NCBI GenBank assembly: GCA_016934575.1
Contig: JAFGSN010000194.1
Span: 411 to 64,410, forward strand
Origin: Vicinamibacteria bacterium
GTDB taxonomy: Bacteria > Acidobacteriota > Vicinamibacteria > Fen-336
Direction of reading: 5' to 3'
Length of the DNA stretch: 64,000 nt
The notes beneath the pieces were generated by a model. The model did no database searches. It saw only the letters and a list, made by a program, of their open reading frames with translations, and was not told where the DNA came from. Below are positions 39,001 through 47,929 of this stretch, in pieces. How positions within the stretch are numbered: position 1 is the stretch's first letter; each line of letters begins with the position of its first letter. A program made the translations under genes and the position numbers.

Positions 39001-40552
39001 GGCCGCGGACGTTCACGACTCCGCGCAGCGCAGCACCCTCCGGGGGATCAAGAATGCGAGAGTCGAGAGCGCCTTTGGCGTCGAGCGCCCGGCGGGCGTC
39101 GACGCGGCCTTGCCCGGAGCGATCGTCCGCGCCCGGTTTTTCGATGTCGCGGGCGGTCGTTCGCAGGATCTGCCGCACCGCTTCGGGAGAGAGGTCCGGA
39201 TGGCCGGCGAGAAGGAGCGCGGCCAGAGCCGAGACGTGCGCGGCGGCCATGCTCGTCCCGCTGGCGCGCGCATAGCGCTCGCCCACGGGATCGCCGATCG
39301 CCGTTTCGGCGCCGCGCAGCGAGAGAATGTCCACGCCGGGAGCGACGACGTCGAGGGCGGCGCTGGAGCGCGAGAAAACGGCGACCCGGTCCTCGGGATC
39401 GCTCGCGCCGACGGAGATGACGTGCGGCAAGAACGCCGGATGGCGGGGATGTTCGGCGTCGCTTTCATTGCCGGCGGCGGCGACGATGACCGTCCCGAGT
39501 TGGTGGGCGTATTCCAGCGCCTCCGCCAGGGAGCGCGATGTTCCCGTTCCGTTCCACGCAAGCAGGATGACATCCGCGCCGTTCCGGGCGGCGTAGACGA
39601 TTCCGCGCGCCGCCAGTGAATCCCGTCCGTCGCCGGCGTCATCCAACACCCTGATCGCCATGACTTGCGATTCCCAGGCCAGTCCGGCGATGCCTCGGGT
39701 GTTGTCGCCCGTGGCGGCGATCGTGCCCGCGACGTGCGTGCCGTGACCTTGTCGATCCGCGGGGTCGTTGTCCTCGGCCGGGTCGGCGCAGCGGGCGCCC
39801 ACGAAATCCCAGCCGTGAACGTCGTCGACGTAGCCGTTGCCGTCGTCGTCGCGGCCGTTTCCGTGGATTTCAGAGGCGTTGATCCAGATGTTGGCGGCGA
39901 GGTCGGGATGGTCGCGGTCGACGCCCGAATCGATGACGGCGACGACGATTCCATCACCGCGCGTCACGTCCCAGGCGGAAGGCGCGGAGATCTTGCGCAG
40001 ACCCCACAGATCCTCGTAAGGTTGGCCCCAACCGCCCTTCCTTATCAAGTAGGGATCGTTCGGAATCGCGGCTGTTCGCAGGCGGCGGTCGCGCTCGGCG
40101 AATTCGACTTCGTGGTCTTGCGCCAGGCGTGACAGCGCGAGCGGGAGATCGTCGTCTTCGACGTCAAGGAACAGCATCCATGTTCGCGCCAGTGAAGGCG
40201 GATGGAGTTCGCCGCGATGGCGCAGCGCGCGCGACGCGAATCGGGCGCGCACGCGCTCGGCCTGGTCGCGCGAGCTCAGGCCGGGCCGGCGTTTCCTTTC
40301 TCGCAAGAGCGCCGGATGCAGAGGTCGGAGCGCGACCACCGCATGACGTTCAGCGAAGGACGCCAGACGTTCCGAGGACAGGCTCTCGTGGCGTATTGCG
40401 GCGAGTCGCGGAGACCATGCGGCCTCGGCCTCGGCCGCCAGCTCGGGCCGGAGCCGGGCCAGGATCCATGATGGGCCGCACGCGGCCTTGGCCGTGCGCG
40501 CCTGCGACAAGATTCCGAAAAAGGCCATGGCTAAGCCGAGAAGGATTCGCAT
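36089..40552 (-). CDS. Secreted subtilisin-like serine peptidase (S8) with Ig-like domains and FG-GAP beta-propeller repeats
   Basis: Signal peptide MRILLGLAMAFFGILSQARTAKA. S8 triad blocks VAVIDSGVD, HGTHVAGTIAA and GTSMAAAHVSALAAL. At least six FG-GAP-like repeats follow (FDGDGRKEILIV, DIIGDGRLEIVL, DLDLDGRLEIVAAD, DVDGDGYPEILVV, DLDGDGRLDLAV). C-terminal Big-like domains. Confidence 0.85.
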   Translation of the reverse strand: MRILLGLAMAFFGILSQARTAKAACGPSWILARLRPELAAEAEAAWSPRLAAIRHESLSSERLASFAERHAVVALRPLHPALLRERKRRPGLSSRDQAERVRARFASRALRHRGELHPPSLARTWMLFLDVEDDDLPLALSRLAQDHEVEFAERDRRLRTAAIPNDPYLIRKGGWGQPYEDLWGLRKISAPSAWDVTRGDGIVVAVIDSGVDRDHPDLAANIWINASEIHGNGRDDDGNGYVDDVHGWDFVGARCADPAEDNDPADRQGHGTHVAGTIAATGDNTRGIAGLAWESQVMAIRVLDDAGDGRDSLAARGIVYAARNGADVILLAWNGTGTSRSLAEALEYAHQLGTVIVAAAGNESDAEHPRHPAFLPHVISVGASDPEDRVAVFSRSSAALDVVAPGVDILSLRGAETAIGDPVGERYARASGTSMAAAHVSALAALLLAGHPDLSPEAVRQILRTTARDIEKPGADDRSGQGRVDARRALDAKGALDSRILDPPEGAALRGVVNVRGLAAGPGFRRYVLEYGRGSRPRSWRLLHESSQTAKGGALGVFDARALPDGDYTLRLSAFDDAGRTFADQVCVRVDYVAITAPPPARRLSATPVLRAGGRVPIRGTATGPSFHGYDLTWTRGTRPTGDWSSLGVTLAGEGRRETENARLAHWDVPQVEQADYYSLRLRAHNERFTSEETIVVYVEPDLLFDREPRRLNAAPAAHGGMAIVKDAGGEPRVVLATIDTPRHDLPARLHFLPFHSAPPVSLDLARAAFLRPAVGDFDPCAGDETIATDAHRLRIVRGDGRSVFLASAIAINFQMALPVLEDLDGYGQTELLALGSDHGARMAHLHAWRLGGAPIAGRFPISIADHNDSLSHSPAPRVLAADFDGDGRKEILIVEGSTPSFFRLRLYNSDGETVAWRAPAFEGVPRQIAAADIIGDGRLEIVLMAVVEGRKILAVLAADGSMLPGWPLVLSYRHDFSFALGDLDLDGRLEIVAADGPALHVLRTDGSSFSRTWPKTFPGEEGFGAPALADVDGDGYPEILVVAETPAASYPDERRRSSPGVHGDSRRRARETRRDADGMIAVENILRLAKDEREAPLRRPAALLLAMRRDGTTTRSWRLHGANERPLYAPAAVIVPGDLDGDGRLDLAVHYPLVSRDGDLGRLESGVLTALRTETPIHGGTPLWPLDAASPGNPLVLTRALPRMKDPAPPVVSLVSPAADSSVSGQVLVAASASDDTRLDRVEFHVDGLMRHADIVPPYAYEWDTTLEVDGEHLLEARAHDAAGNVGASRIMTISTFNSRARYNAVLRVPMCAKPRRACDSATLLWGRGPLGPEINAPNTLDGACEDGAAGTHHIDASVDRIRISSASGAVFSPGATVRVEVTVWAAPEFESAKVDVFHARDAAAPDWEWIETLRPSHAGAQTLNAAFVLPRGALQAVRAQLRLSDDPGPCTPGDLDERDDLVFAVLPERSSGGIESDSRGSRATR

Positions 40553-41002
40553 GGAGACTTCTGGAGCGGCGCGGTTGCCGTTGCTTTCGCGGGGGCGGAG
40601 TCTGTTTCCGCCCGCCGCCGCCAAGCGTTGACCGCGGTTGCGTGGGCGCGATCCGGGCGCGAAACGTGGAGATGATCGCTGCCGGTGGAACAACGACGGT
40701 TTTGGTCTCCGGTCGTTCAAGGCCGCGGACTCCTGTATGACGCCATCTCATTCTAAGCGAGACGCCCTCAGGACGCTGTCACGAGCACGAGCGTTTGATG
40801 TCAAGTCGCAGCATGGCCGCCAGGCCGCGAAGACGCGCCCTTTGGCGGCGCCGTGCGTCAACTTGGGGGAAAAAGCAAAATCGTGAAGGCGCGGAGGAAA
40901 AGGCATACAGCGCCTGAGGGATGCCCCGCGAGGTTCGTTGAGCAACCTCGTGTGACGTCCTTTGTGTTTCTACCAGGGACGAGCCACGAGCAGGGCGCGT
41001 TC

Positions 41003-42361
41003 CTAAAGCTTGACCTCCGGCACGGATTTCATCGCTTCGCGGATGGCCTCTTCGGGATAGGCGTAATCCTCGAGCTTGCCCGAGAAAAAGGCGTCATACG
41101 CGGCCATGTCGACGTGGCCGTGTCCCGAGAGATTGAAGGCGATGACCTTGGCCTCTCCCGTTTTTTTGCATTCAAGCGCCTCATCGATGGCGACGCGCAC
41201 GGCGTGAGAAGTCTCGGGCGCCACGATGATGCCCTCGGTGCGCGCGAATTGAATGGCGGCCTCGAAGCAGGTCTTCTGATGACGCGCCGTGGCCTCGATG
41301 AGCTTTTTCTCGACGAGGGCGGAAATGAGCGGCGCCATGCCGTGATATCGGAGCCCGCCGGCGTGAATCCGCGGCGGCATGAAGGTGTGACCGAGCGTGT
41401 GCATCTTGACGATGGGGGCCATGCCGGCCGTGTCGCCGTAATCGAAAACATACTGGCCGCGCGTGATGCTCGGACACGATTCGGGCTCCACGGCCACGAT
41501 TCGAAGGTCTTGGCCGTCAAGCTTGTCCGGGATGAAGGGCATGGCGAATCCGCCGAAGTTGGATCCGCCTCCGACGCAGCCGATGAGCACGTTGGGTCGC
41601 TCGCCGGCGGCGGCGAGCTGCTTCTTTGTCTCCAGGCCGACGATTGTCTGATGCAAGATCACGTGGCTCAGGACCGAGCCCAGCGAGTAGTGCGTGTCGT
41701 CACGACCGAACGCATCCTCGACAGCCTCGGATATGGCCAGGCCGAGGCTGCCCGGGCAGTCGGGGTCGTTGGCCAGAGCGGTCCGGCCGGCCTTGGTCAA
41801 TCGAGACGGACTCGCCACGACGTTCGCTCCCCAGGTCTGTATCATCGACTTGCGGTAGGGCTTTTGATCGAAACTGACGCGCACCATGTAGACCATGCAC
41901 TCCAGGCCGAACTGGGCGCAGGCGAAGGAAAGCGCGCTGCCCCACTGGCCGGCGCCCGTCTCCGTCGCGATGCGCTTCACGCCCTCGCGCTTGTTGTAAT
42001 AGGCCTGGGCCACGGCGGTATTGGGCTTGTGGCTTCCGGGAGGGCTCTGGGACTCGTTCTTGTAATAGATACGGGCCGGCGTTTCCAGAGCTTTCTCGAG
42101 ATTCCTGGCGCGATGGAGCGGCGTGGGTCTCCAGAGCGCGAGAACTTCCAGGACTTCCTGCGGGATGTCGATCCAACGTTGCCGCGAGACCTCCTGTTCG
42201 ATTACGGCCATGGGGAAGAGGGGCGCCAGATCGTCGGGCTTGACCGGCTGCATCGTGCCCGGATGCAGGACCGGCGTCGCGGCGTCCGGAACGTCAGCGT
42301 AAACGTTGTACCACTGGCGAGGCATCTCTTCCCACGGCAATAGAACACGCGGCGACTTCAT
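41003..42361 (-). CDS. trpB2: Tryptophan synthase beta-chain-like protein, TrpB2 type
   Basis: 452 aa PLP fold. The N-terminus ([14 protein letters not shown]) and overall length are typical of TrpB2 rather than TrpB1. No trpA is adjacent. Confidence 0.8.
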   Translation of the reverse strand: MKSPRVLLPWEEMPRQWYNVYADVPDAATPVLHPGTMQPVKPDDLAPLFPMAVIEQEVSRQRWIDIPQEVLEVLALWRPTPLHRARNLEKALETPARIYYKNESQSPPGSHKPNTAVAQAYYNKREGVKRIATETGAGQWGSALSFACAQFGLECMVYMVRVSFDQKPYRKSMIQTWGANVVASPSRLTKAGRTALANDPDCPGSLGLAISEAVEDAFGRDDTHYSLGSVLSHVILHQTIVGLETKKQLAAAGERPNVLIGCVGGGSNFGGFAMPFIPDKLDGQDLRIVAVEPESCPSITRGQYVFDYGDTAGMAPIVKMHTLGHTFMPPRIHAGGLRYHGMAPLISALVEKKLIEATARHQKTCFEAAIQFARTEGIIVAPETSHAVRVAIDEALECKKTGEAKVIAFNLSGHGHVDMAAYDAFFSGKLEDYAYPEEAIREAMKSVPEVKL

Positions 42362-42501
42362 CGGGATTCTCCTCTCTCGAACCAGAGCCGGATGGCATTG
42401 GCCCGTCCCGGCGCAAAAGATGCAGAATACTCTCCGTTCGGATCGGGCAAGTCAAGCGCGGTAATATCGGTCATGGCCGTACGTCAATCGAGGAGGAACT
42501 C

Positions 42502-44145
42502 ATGAGCGTTCACCCCCGCGCTGGCCAGCCGGCCGAATGGCGCGATCTCACGGACGTGCCGCGCCTGATCGCCGCGTTTTACACGGAGCGGCCGGATCCG
42601 GCCGCGAGCGCGCAGCGCGTTTCGTTCGGCACGTCGGGCCATCGTGGCTCGTCCGTGCGCGGCAGCTTCAACGAGGCGCACATCGTCGCCGTCACCCAGG
42701 CGATTTGCGAGCAGCGTGCGATGCGGGGAGTCGGCGGGCCGCTTTTCCTGGGGCGGGACACGCATGCGCTATCGGAGCCGGCGCATCGCGCCGCGCTCGA
42801 GGTGCTCGCCGCCAACGGCGTGGACGTGCGTCTGGACGCGGACGACGGATATACGCCGACGCCCGTGATCTCGCATGCCATCCTGTCATGGAATCGCGGC
42901 CGTTCCGCGGCGCGCGCCGACGGGATCGTCATCTCGCCCTCGCACAATCCTCCCGAGGACGGCGGCTTCAAGTACAACGCGCCCCATGGCGGACCGGCCG
43001 ACGCCGAGACCACGAGATGGATCGAGCGGCGCGCCAACGCGCTGATCGAGGACGATCTCGAAGGCGTTCGGCGCGTGCCTTATGAGAAAGCGCGGTCCGC
43101 GCCGACGACGAGGCGTCATGATTATCTGGGCCGGTATGTTGAGGATCTTCCGGCCGTGGTCGACGTCGCGGCCATTCATGCCGCCGGCGTTCGCATCGGC
43201 GTGGATCCCTTGGGCGGCTCGAGCGTCGCCTACTGGGCGCGCATCGCCGAGCGTTATCACCTCGCCCTGGAGATCGTCAATGCGCGCGTGGATCCCACGT
43301 TCTCGTTCATGCGCCTCGACTGGGACGGCAAGATCCGCATGGACTGCTCTTCGCCGCACGCCATGGCGGGATTGATCGGCCTGCGCGACCGCTATCAGGT
43401 CGCCGTCGGGAACGACACCGACGCCGATCGACATGGAATCGTCGTTCCGGGCGCGGGACTGCTGAGCCCCAATCAGTATCTTGCAACGGCGATCGCTTAC
43501 CTTTTCCGGCATCGGCCCGATTGGCCGAAGACGGCCGGGATCGGCAAGACCCTGGTGAGCAGCAGCCTTATCGATCGCGTGGCGCGCGGCCTGCAACGCC
43601 GACTGGTCGAGGTCCCCGTCGGATTCAAGTGGTTCGTTTCGGGGCTCTTGTCGGGCGAACTGGGCTTCGGCGGCGAGGAAAGCGCCGGAGCGTCGTTCTT
43701 GCGGCGTGACGGCGCGGTCTGGACCACGGACAAGGACGGCATTCTCCTCGGATTGCTGGCCGCCGAGATGACGGCGGTCTCGGGCCAGGATCCCGGCGAG
43801 CTGTATCGGGAACTGGCGCGCGTTCATGGCGCGCCGGTTTTCGAACGAATCGATGCGCTCGCGACGCCGGAGCAGAAAGCCGCGCTCGCGCGTCTCACGT
43901 CCGCGCAGGTCGACGCCAAGGAGTTGGCCGGTTCGCCCATAGAGAACGTGCTGACCAGGGCGCCGGGGAATGAGGAGCCGATCGGCGGTCTCAAGATCAT
44001 GACGGCTGACGGATGGTTCGCCGCGCGTCCTTCCGGCACGGAGGACGTTTACAAGATCTACGCCGAAAGCTTTCGCGGTCCGGAACATCTTCGACGGATT
44101 CAGGAAGAGGCGCAGGCTCTCGTGACCAGGGCGCTCGGTCATTGA
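42502..44145 (+). CDS. pgm: Phosphoglucomutase (alpha-D-glucose-1,6-bisphosphate dependent)
   Basis: Near-colinear with E. coli Pgm. The phosphoserine loop [17 protein letters not shown] and GGEESAG blocks are present. Confidence 0.92.
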   Translation: MSVHPRAGQPAEWRDLTDVPRLIAAFYTERPDPAASAQRVSFGTSGHRGSSVRGSFNEAHIVAVTQAICEQRAMRGVGGPLFLGRDTHALSEPAHRAALEVLAANGVDVRLDADDGYTPTPVISHAILSWNRGRSAARADGIVISPSHNPPEDGGFKYNAPHGGPADAETTRWIERRANALIEDDLEGVRRVPYEKARSAPTTRRHDYLGRYVEDLPAVVDVAAIHAAGVRIGVDPLGGSSVAYWARIAERYHLALEIVNARVDPTFSFMRLDWDGKIRMDCSSPHAMAGLIGLRDRYQVAVGNDTDADRHGIVVPGAGLLSPNQYLATAIAYLFRHRPDWPKTAGIGKTLVSSSLIDRVARGLQRRLVEVPVGFKWFVSGLLSGELGFGGEESAGASFLRRDGAVWTTDKDGILLGLLAAEMTAVSGQDPGELYRELARVHGAPVFERIDALATPEQKAALARLTSAQVDAKELAGSPIENVLTRAPGNEEPIGGLKIMTADGWFAARPSGTEDVYKIYAESFRGPEHLRRIQEEAQALVTRALGH

Positions 44146-44595
44146 CAAAGAGAAGACGTTAGGGCGCTTCCGCCGACGATTGGAGCGACTCCGGCCCCTG
44201 AACGTCACTAAGCGCGTCCCCGTGCGCTTCCGCGACTTCGCGCCTTTGCGTCGTGTGGATATGGCGCTTGTGTCGTCTGGAGCGCTCAGAACAATCGCAA
44301 GGTCGGCCGGATGAGGGTCTGGATCGCCTGGCTAAAGGTCGCCGCATCGAACGGCTTGCGCATGACGAGATCCACGCAGCTCGGTGTCTGCGTCATGTCC
44401 TCATCGACAAGAAGGATGATCGGCTTGCGCGGGGCAATGTCCTTGACGACGCCGGCGATTGAAGCGTGTTGATTCTCGGGACAGGCGACTCTCGAAAAAA
44501 GCTACGTCGTGCTTCGCATCAAGTCAACTCAGAAACGCGGCTTTCAGGAGTACAATGAGAGCCAAATTCTGTCACGCGGTCATGGATGCGCTTCG

Positions 44596-45339
44596 ATGCC
44601 CGGAACCGAACAGAAAAGAACCCTTGTCGTCAGCGACGATCATGAAACAGGAAGCCTGATTCGTGACGTTCTGGCTGGCGCGGGATTCGCCGTGGGACTC
44701 GTCACCTTCCCGAGCTTGACCCGGGAGCGCATCGAGATCGGTTATCCGGATCTCATTGTGCTTGACGTGGAGTTGTTGGTGCTGGACGAATGGCCGATTC
44801 TCGAAGAGTTGTGGCGCTTGGCGACTCCGCCGCCGGTGATCGCCGTCTCCGCGCCTTACTCTTCCCCGGAGTCCCTCGCGATCCTGAGTCATCACGTTCG
44901 CGGACATCTGACGAAGCCCATTTCTCCCCATTCGCTGCTGAGCGCATGCCGTCGCCTGATCGAGACGCCCGTTGCTCCTCAGCGCTCCGCGAACGATGAG
45001 CGCCGCAGCGAGCCCCGCCGGGCGATGATCGGCGACGTCGTTTTCCTGACCAGCAAGGGACGGCCGTCGTTCTCCGGTCAGTTGCTGGAGTTGAGCCGGA
45101 ACGGAGCGCGGGTCGACGTCGGCGCGCTTCCGGAAACGTCCCTGGCGGAGGGGCGAACGCTCCGCCTGTCCTTACGGCTGCCGCCCAGCTTTCAGCAGTT
45201 CGAGATCGAAGCGCGCATGGAGTGGCGCAAGGAGGCGACGATCGGCGTGAGCTTCCTCAACCTGGCTCCCCACTTGCAGCTCTGGCTGGAACGCTGGTTG
45301 GCGTCGGACAGAAAGCTGTCGGAGTATCCTCCGGTCTGA
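44596..45339 (+). CDS. Response-regulator receiver + PilZ (c-di-GMP-binding) protein
   Basis: From the internal MPGTEQKRTLVVSDDHE: receiver motifs (DLIVLDVEL, AVSAP, LTKP); the C-terminal half has the PilZ RxxxR (RSEPRR) and (D/N)xSxxG (LSRNGARVDV) motifs. Confidence 0.7.
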   Translation: MPGTEQKRTLVVSDDHETGSLIRDVLAGAGFAVGLVTFPSLTRERIEIGYPDLIVLDVELLVLDEWPILEELWRLATPPPVIAVSAPYSSPESLAILSHHVRGHLTKPISPHSLLSACRRLIETPVAPQRSANDERRSEPRRAMIGDVVFLTSKGRPSFSGQLLELSRNGARVDVGALPETSLAEGRTLRLSLRLPPSFQQFEIEARMEWRKEATIGVSFLNLAPHLQLWLERWLASDRKLSEYPPV

Positions 45340-45407
45340 GCGCGCGGCGGCCGTTGGATTGTCGTTTCTGGTGTAAACTCGCCGTCAACGATCAGTGTTT
45401 CGCGAGA

Positions 45408-45803
45408 ATGACGATGGGCGCGTGCAAGAAGATCTTGCTGGTCGACGACTCCAGCACGGTTCTCATGGTGGAGAAGACCTACCTGGCCGGGATGCCGTTC
45501 GAGCTGCTGGCGGCCGGCGACGGCGAGCAGGCCATTCGGATGACCCTCGCGCGGCGTCCGGATCTCATACTCCTCGATCTTCGCATGCCGCTCATGGACG
45601 GCTTCGAGGTATGTCGACGGTTGAAAAGCGACGCCGAAACGCGCGAGATCCCGATCATCATCGTGACGACGTCGGGCGGTGAGGCGGATCGAGAGCGCGC
45701 CGTCGCCGCCGGATGCAACGACTACATCACGAAGCCTTTCGGCGCGAAGGAGCTGATCGCGAGAATCATGAAGTTCCTCGGCAAGGGAGCGGGCGAGGCG
45801 TAA
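45408..45803 (+). CDS. CheY-like single-domain response regulator
   Basis: From ATG 45408: KKILLVDDSSTV, LILLDLRMPLMDG, VTTSGG, ITKPF. Confidence 0.85.
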   Translation: MTMGACKKILLVDDSSTVLMVEKTYLAGMPFELLAAGDGEQAIRMTLARRPDLILLDLRMPLMDGFEVCRRLKSDAETREIPIIIVTTSGGEADRERAVAAGCNDYITKPFGAKELIARIMKFLGKGAGEA

Positions 45804-45901
45804 GATCGTTCGCGAAAGGAGACGGCCCGATAAATCGATCACGGACGGAGACGCTTGTCTGGAATCTCACGCTGCCGTTCCTGGCCGTCTCTCCGTTTGC
45901 G

Positions 45902-46654
45902 TTGCGCTCGTTGCTGGCTTCCGGCATCGAGCCCGTCTTTGAAGAATGGCCGATTCTGCTCCTGGCGTTCGTGTCTCTCACGGTGACGCCGCTGGCGCTG
46001 CTGCTGGTCTCCGCCGTCGGATCCGGCGGCTTGAGATCCCGGCTCTGGGTCGAGGAGCTCATATCGAGGGAACGCGGCCAGAGCGACGAGACCGAGAGCG
46101 CGGTCTGGGCGCAGATCTCGGATAGATTGAATGCTCTTGGTTTCCAGGTTCGATCCGCCGGCGCGCCGCGGCGCATCGTGGTTTTCAAGGGTCGAGAATC
46201 CGCGCAATCAGGGCTCTTGCGTCATGGTTTCTTTGGTTTCGTCTCGGCGAGACCGTTCGATCATGGCGTCGCCATCGACGTCGAGTTGAGGATGGTTGAT
46301 TTTCTTCTCTGCGTCATTCACGAGGATCGACAACTGGACGCGCTGGCCGCTTATCTGTGCCTGCGCGCCTCCGATCTCGCGGGCGTCATCGGCCCGCCCG
46401 GCTTGCTGCCGCCGGGCATCGTGCTGGCTTTCATCACGACATCGCTCGGCCTGATCGCTCACACCGCGCCGTCACGCATCGCCCCATGGATATCAGCATC
46501 TTCCTGGGCGGCACTGGGACTGCTGGGAGGGGCGGCGCTGGCGCTCGTTCGTCGGCGTCGGTCGCGTCCTGGGGCTCGTTGCGTCGTTTCCGGCCTTTAT
46601 CTCGCGACGCTTCCGCATCTCGCGCGCCTCCTGCGCGCATGCATCGGCGCATGA
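45902..46654 (+). CDS. Hypothetical polytopic membrane protein (start uncertain, TTG/GTG)
   Basis: Several hydrophobic helices and high GC3. There is no in-frame ATG after the upstream gene, so the start was set at a TTG. Confidence 0.35.
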   Translation: MRSLLASGIEPVFEEWPILLLAFVSLTVTPLALLLVSAVGSGGLRSRLWVEELISRERGQSDETESAVWAQISDRLNALGFQVRSAGAPRRIVVFKGRESAQSGLLRHGFFGFVSARPFDHGVAIDVELRMVDFLLCVIHEDRQLDALAAYLCLRASDLAGVIGPPGLLPPGIVLAFITTSLGLIAHTAPSRIAPWISASSWAALGLLGGAALALVRRRRSRPGARCVVSGLYLATLPHLARLLRACIGA

Positions 46655-46792
46655 GGCGTCTTCTTCTCGATGAGGCGGTGATATTATTCGGATACGTATG
46701 GATCAGCGTAGGCCGGTCGTTTGCGACGACAGGCAGGATGTGACGAACGAGTCGAGGCCAGGAAGCGCGTCAGCGCGGGAGAAGCGTCGTTG

Positions 46793-47929
46793 ATGAGCGT
46801 CGGCGTGGCGCGTGAGACGAAGCTGCGCGAACACAGGGTTTCGCTGGCGCCGCTGGCCGTCAAGGCGTTGGTCCAGAAAGGCCACCGCCTCATCGTGGAG
46901 AACGGCGCCGGGGTCGAAGCCGGTCACGACAACGCGGACTACGAGTCGGCCGGCGCGACCGTCGTTTACAGCCGACTCGAATTGTTCGGACGCGCCGATC
47001 TGATCGTCGGCGTCGGCGCGCCCGAGTCCGCGGATCACGAGATCTTCCGCCCGGGGCAGGTCGTTCTCGCTTTCTGGGCGTTGCCGACCGCGCGCCCCGA
47101 GGATTTCAGCGCCTTGCAGGCGCGCGAGATCACGGCCATCGCCACGGAAGCGATCGTCGACCGCAACGGACGCGCGCCGGTTCTGACGAGCATGTCCGAG
47201 ATCGCCGGCGGTCTGGCGATCACGATCGGCGGCAATTATCTGCTCAACGAGTTCGGCGGGAAGGGGATTCTCTTGAGCGGCGCGCCGGGCGTCCCTTCCG
47301 CGGATGTCGTCATTTTGGGCGCCGGCGTTCTCGGGCGTTCGGCGGCGCGAGCGGCCTTGGGCGCCGGCGCGCAGGTCACGCTTCTCGACGTCAGCGTCGA
47401 ACACCTGCGCGACGCGGTCTGCGCGGCCGATCGATCGGTGCGGACATTGCTCGCCACGCGGCCGAACATCGAGGCGGCCCTGGCTCGAGCGGATCTCGTT
47501 TTGGGCGCCGCGGCCGTGCGCGGCCGGCGCGCGCCGGTGCTCGTCACGCGCGACATGCTCAAGCTGCTCGAGCCGCGCAGCGTCATCATGGATCTGGCGA
47601 TCGACATGGGCGGCTGTTTCGAGACTTCTCGGCCCACGTCATTTCCGCATCCGGCGTACGAGCTGGACGGCATCCTGCATTTTTGCGTCCCGAACATTCC
47701 ATCTGTCGTCGCGCGGTCCTCGACCCAGGCTCTCTCGAACGCGCTTCTGCCTTACATCCTCCAGATCGCGGACATGGGCGTGGACCGCGCTCTCGCGGTC
47801 GTCTCCGATCTGCGCGCCGGAGCTTACTTGTACCGCGGGAAGTGCGTGCAAGAGACGCTGGCGCGCGTTTTCAACGCGCCTCTCGAAACCTTGCCCATCG
47901 AATTGGGGGAGCAGGGTGCACTGGTTTGA
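46793..47929 (+). CDS. ald: Alanine dehydrogenase
   Basis: MSVGVARETKLREHRVSLAPLAV...VENGAG...; Rossmann GAGVLG block; about 378 aa. Confidence 0.85.
   Translation: MSVGVARETKLREHRVSLAPLAVKALVQKGHRLIVENGAGVEAGHDNADYESAGATVVYSRLELFGRADLIVGVGAPESADHEIFRPGQVVLAFWALPTARPEDFSALQAREITAIATEAIVDRNGRAPVLTSMSEIAGGLAITIGGNYLLNEFGGKGILLSGAPGVPSADVVILGAGVLGRSAARAALGAGAQVTLLDVSVEHLRDAVCAADRSVRTLLATRPNIEAALARADLVLGAAAVRGRRAPVLVTRDMLKLLEPRSVIMDLAIDMGGCFETSRPTSFPHPAYELDGILHFCVPNIPSVVARSSTQALSNALLPYILQIADMGVDRALAVVSDLRAGAYLYRGKCVQETLARVFNAPLETLPIELGEQGALV

Noticed and set aside
36059-39619. 400-aa and 439-aa plus-strand ORFs inside the S8 protease gene
   Set aside because: They are antisense to a gene with a clear S8 catalytic triad and FG-GAP repeats, and their composition is non-protein-like.
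40853-42343. 496-aa plus-strand ORF antisense to trpB2
   Set aside because: trpB2 on the minus strand is strongly supported, so this is an antisense artefact.
42886-44208. 440-aa minus-strand ORF antisense to pgm
   Set aside because: pgm is near-colinear with E. coli Pgm on the plus strand.
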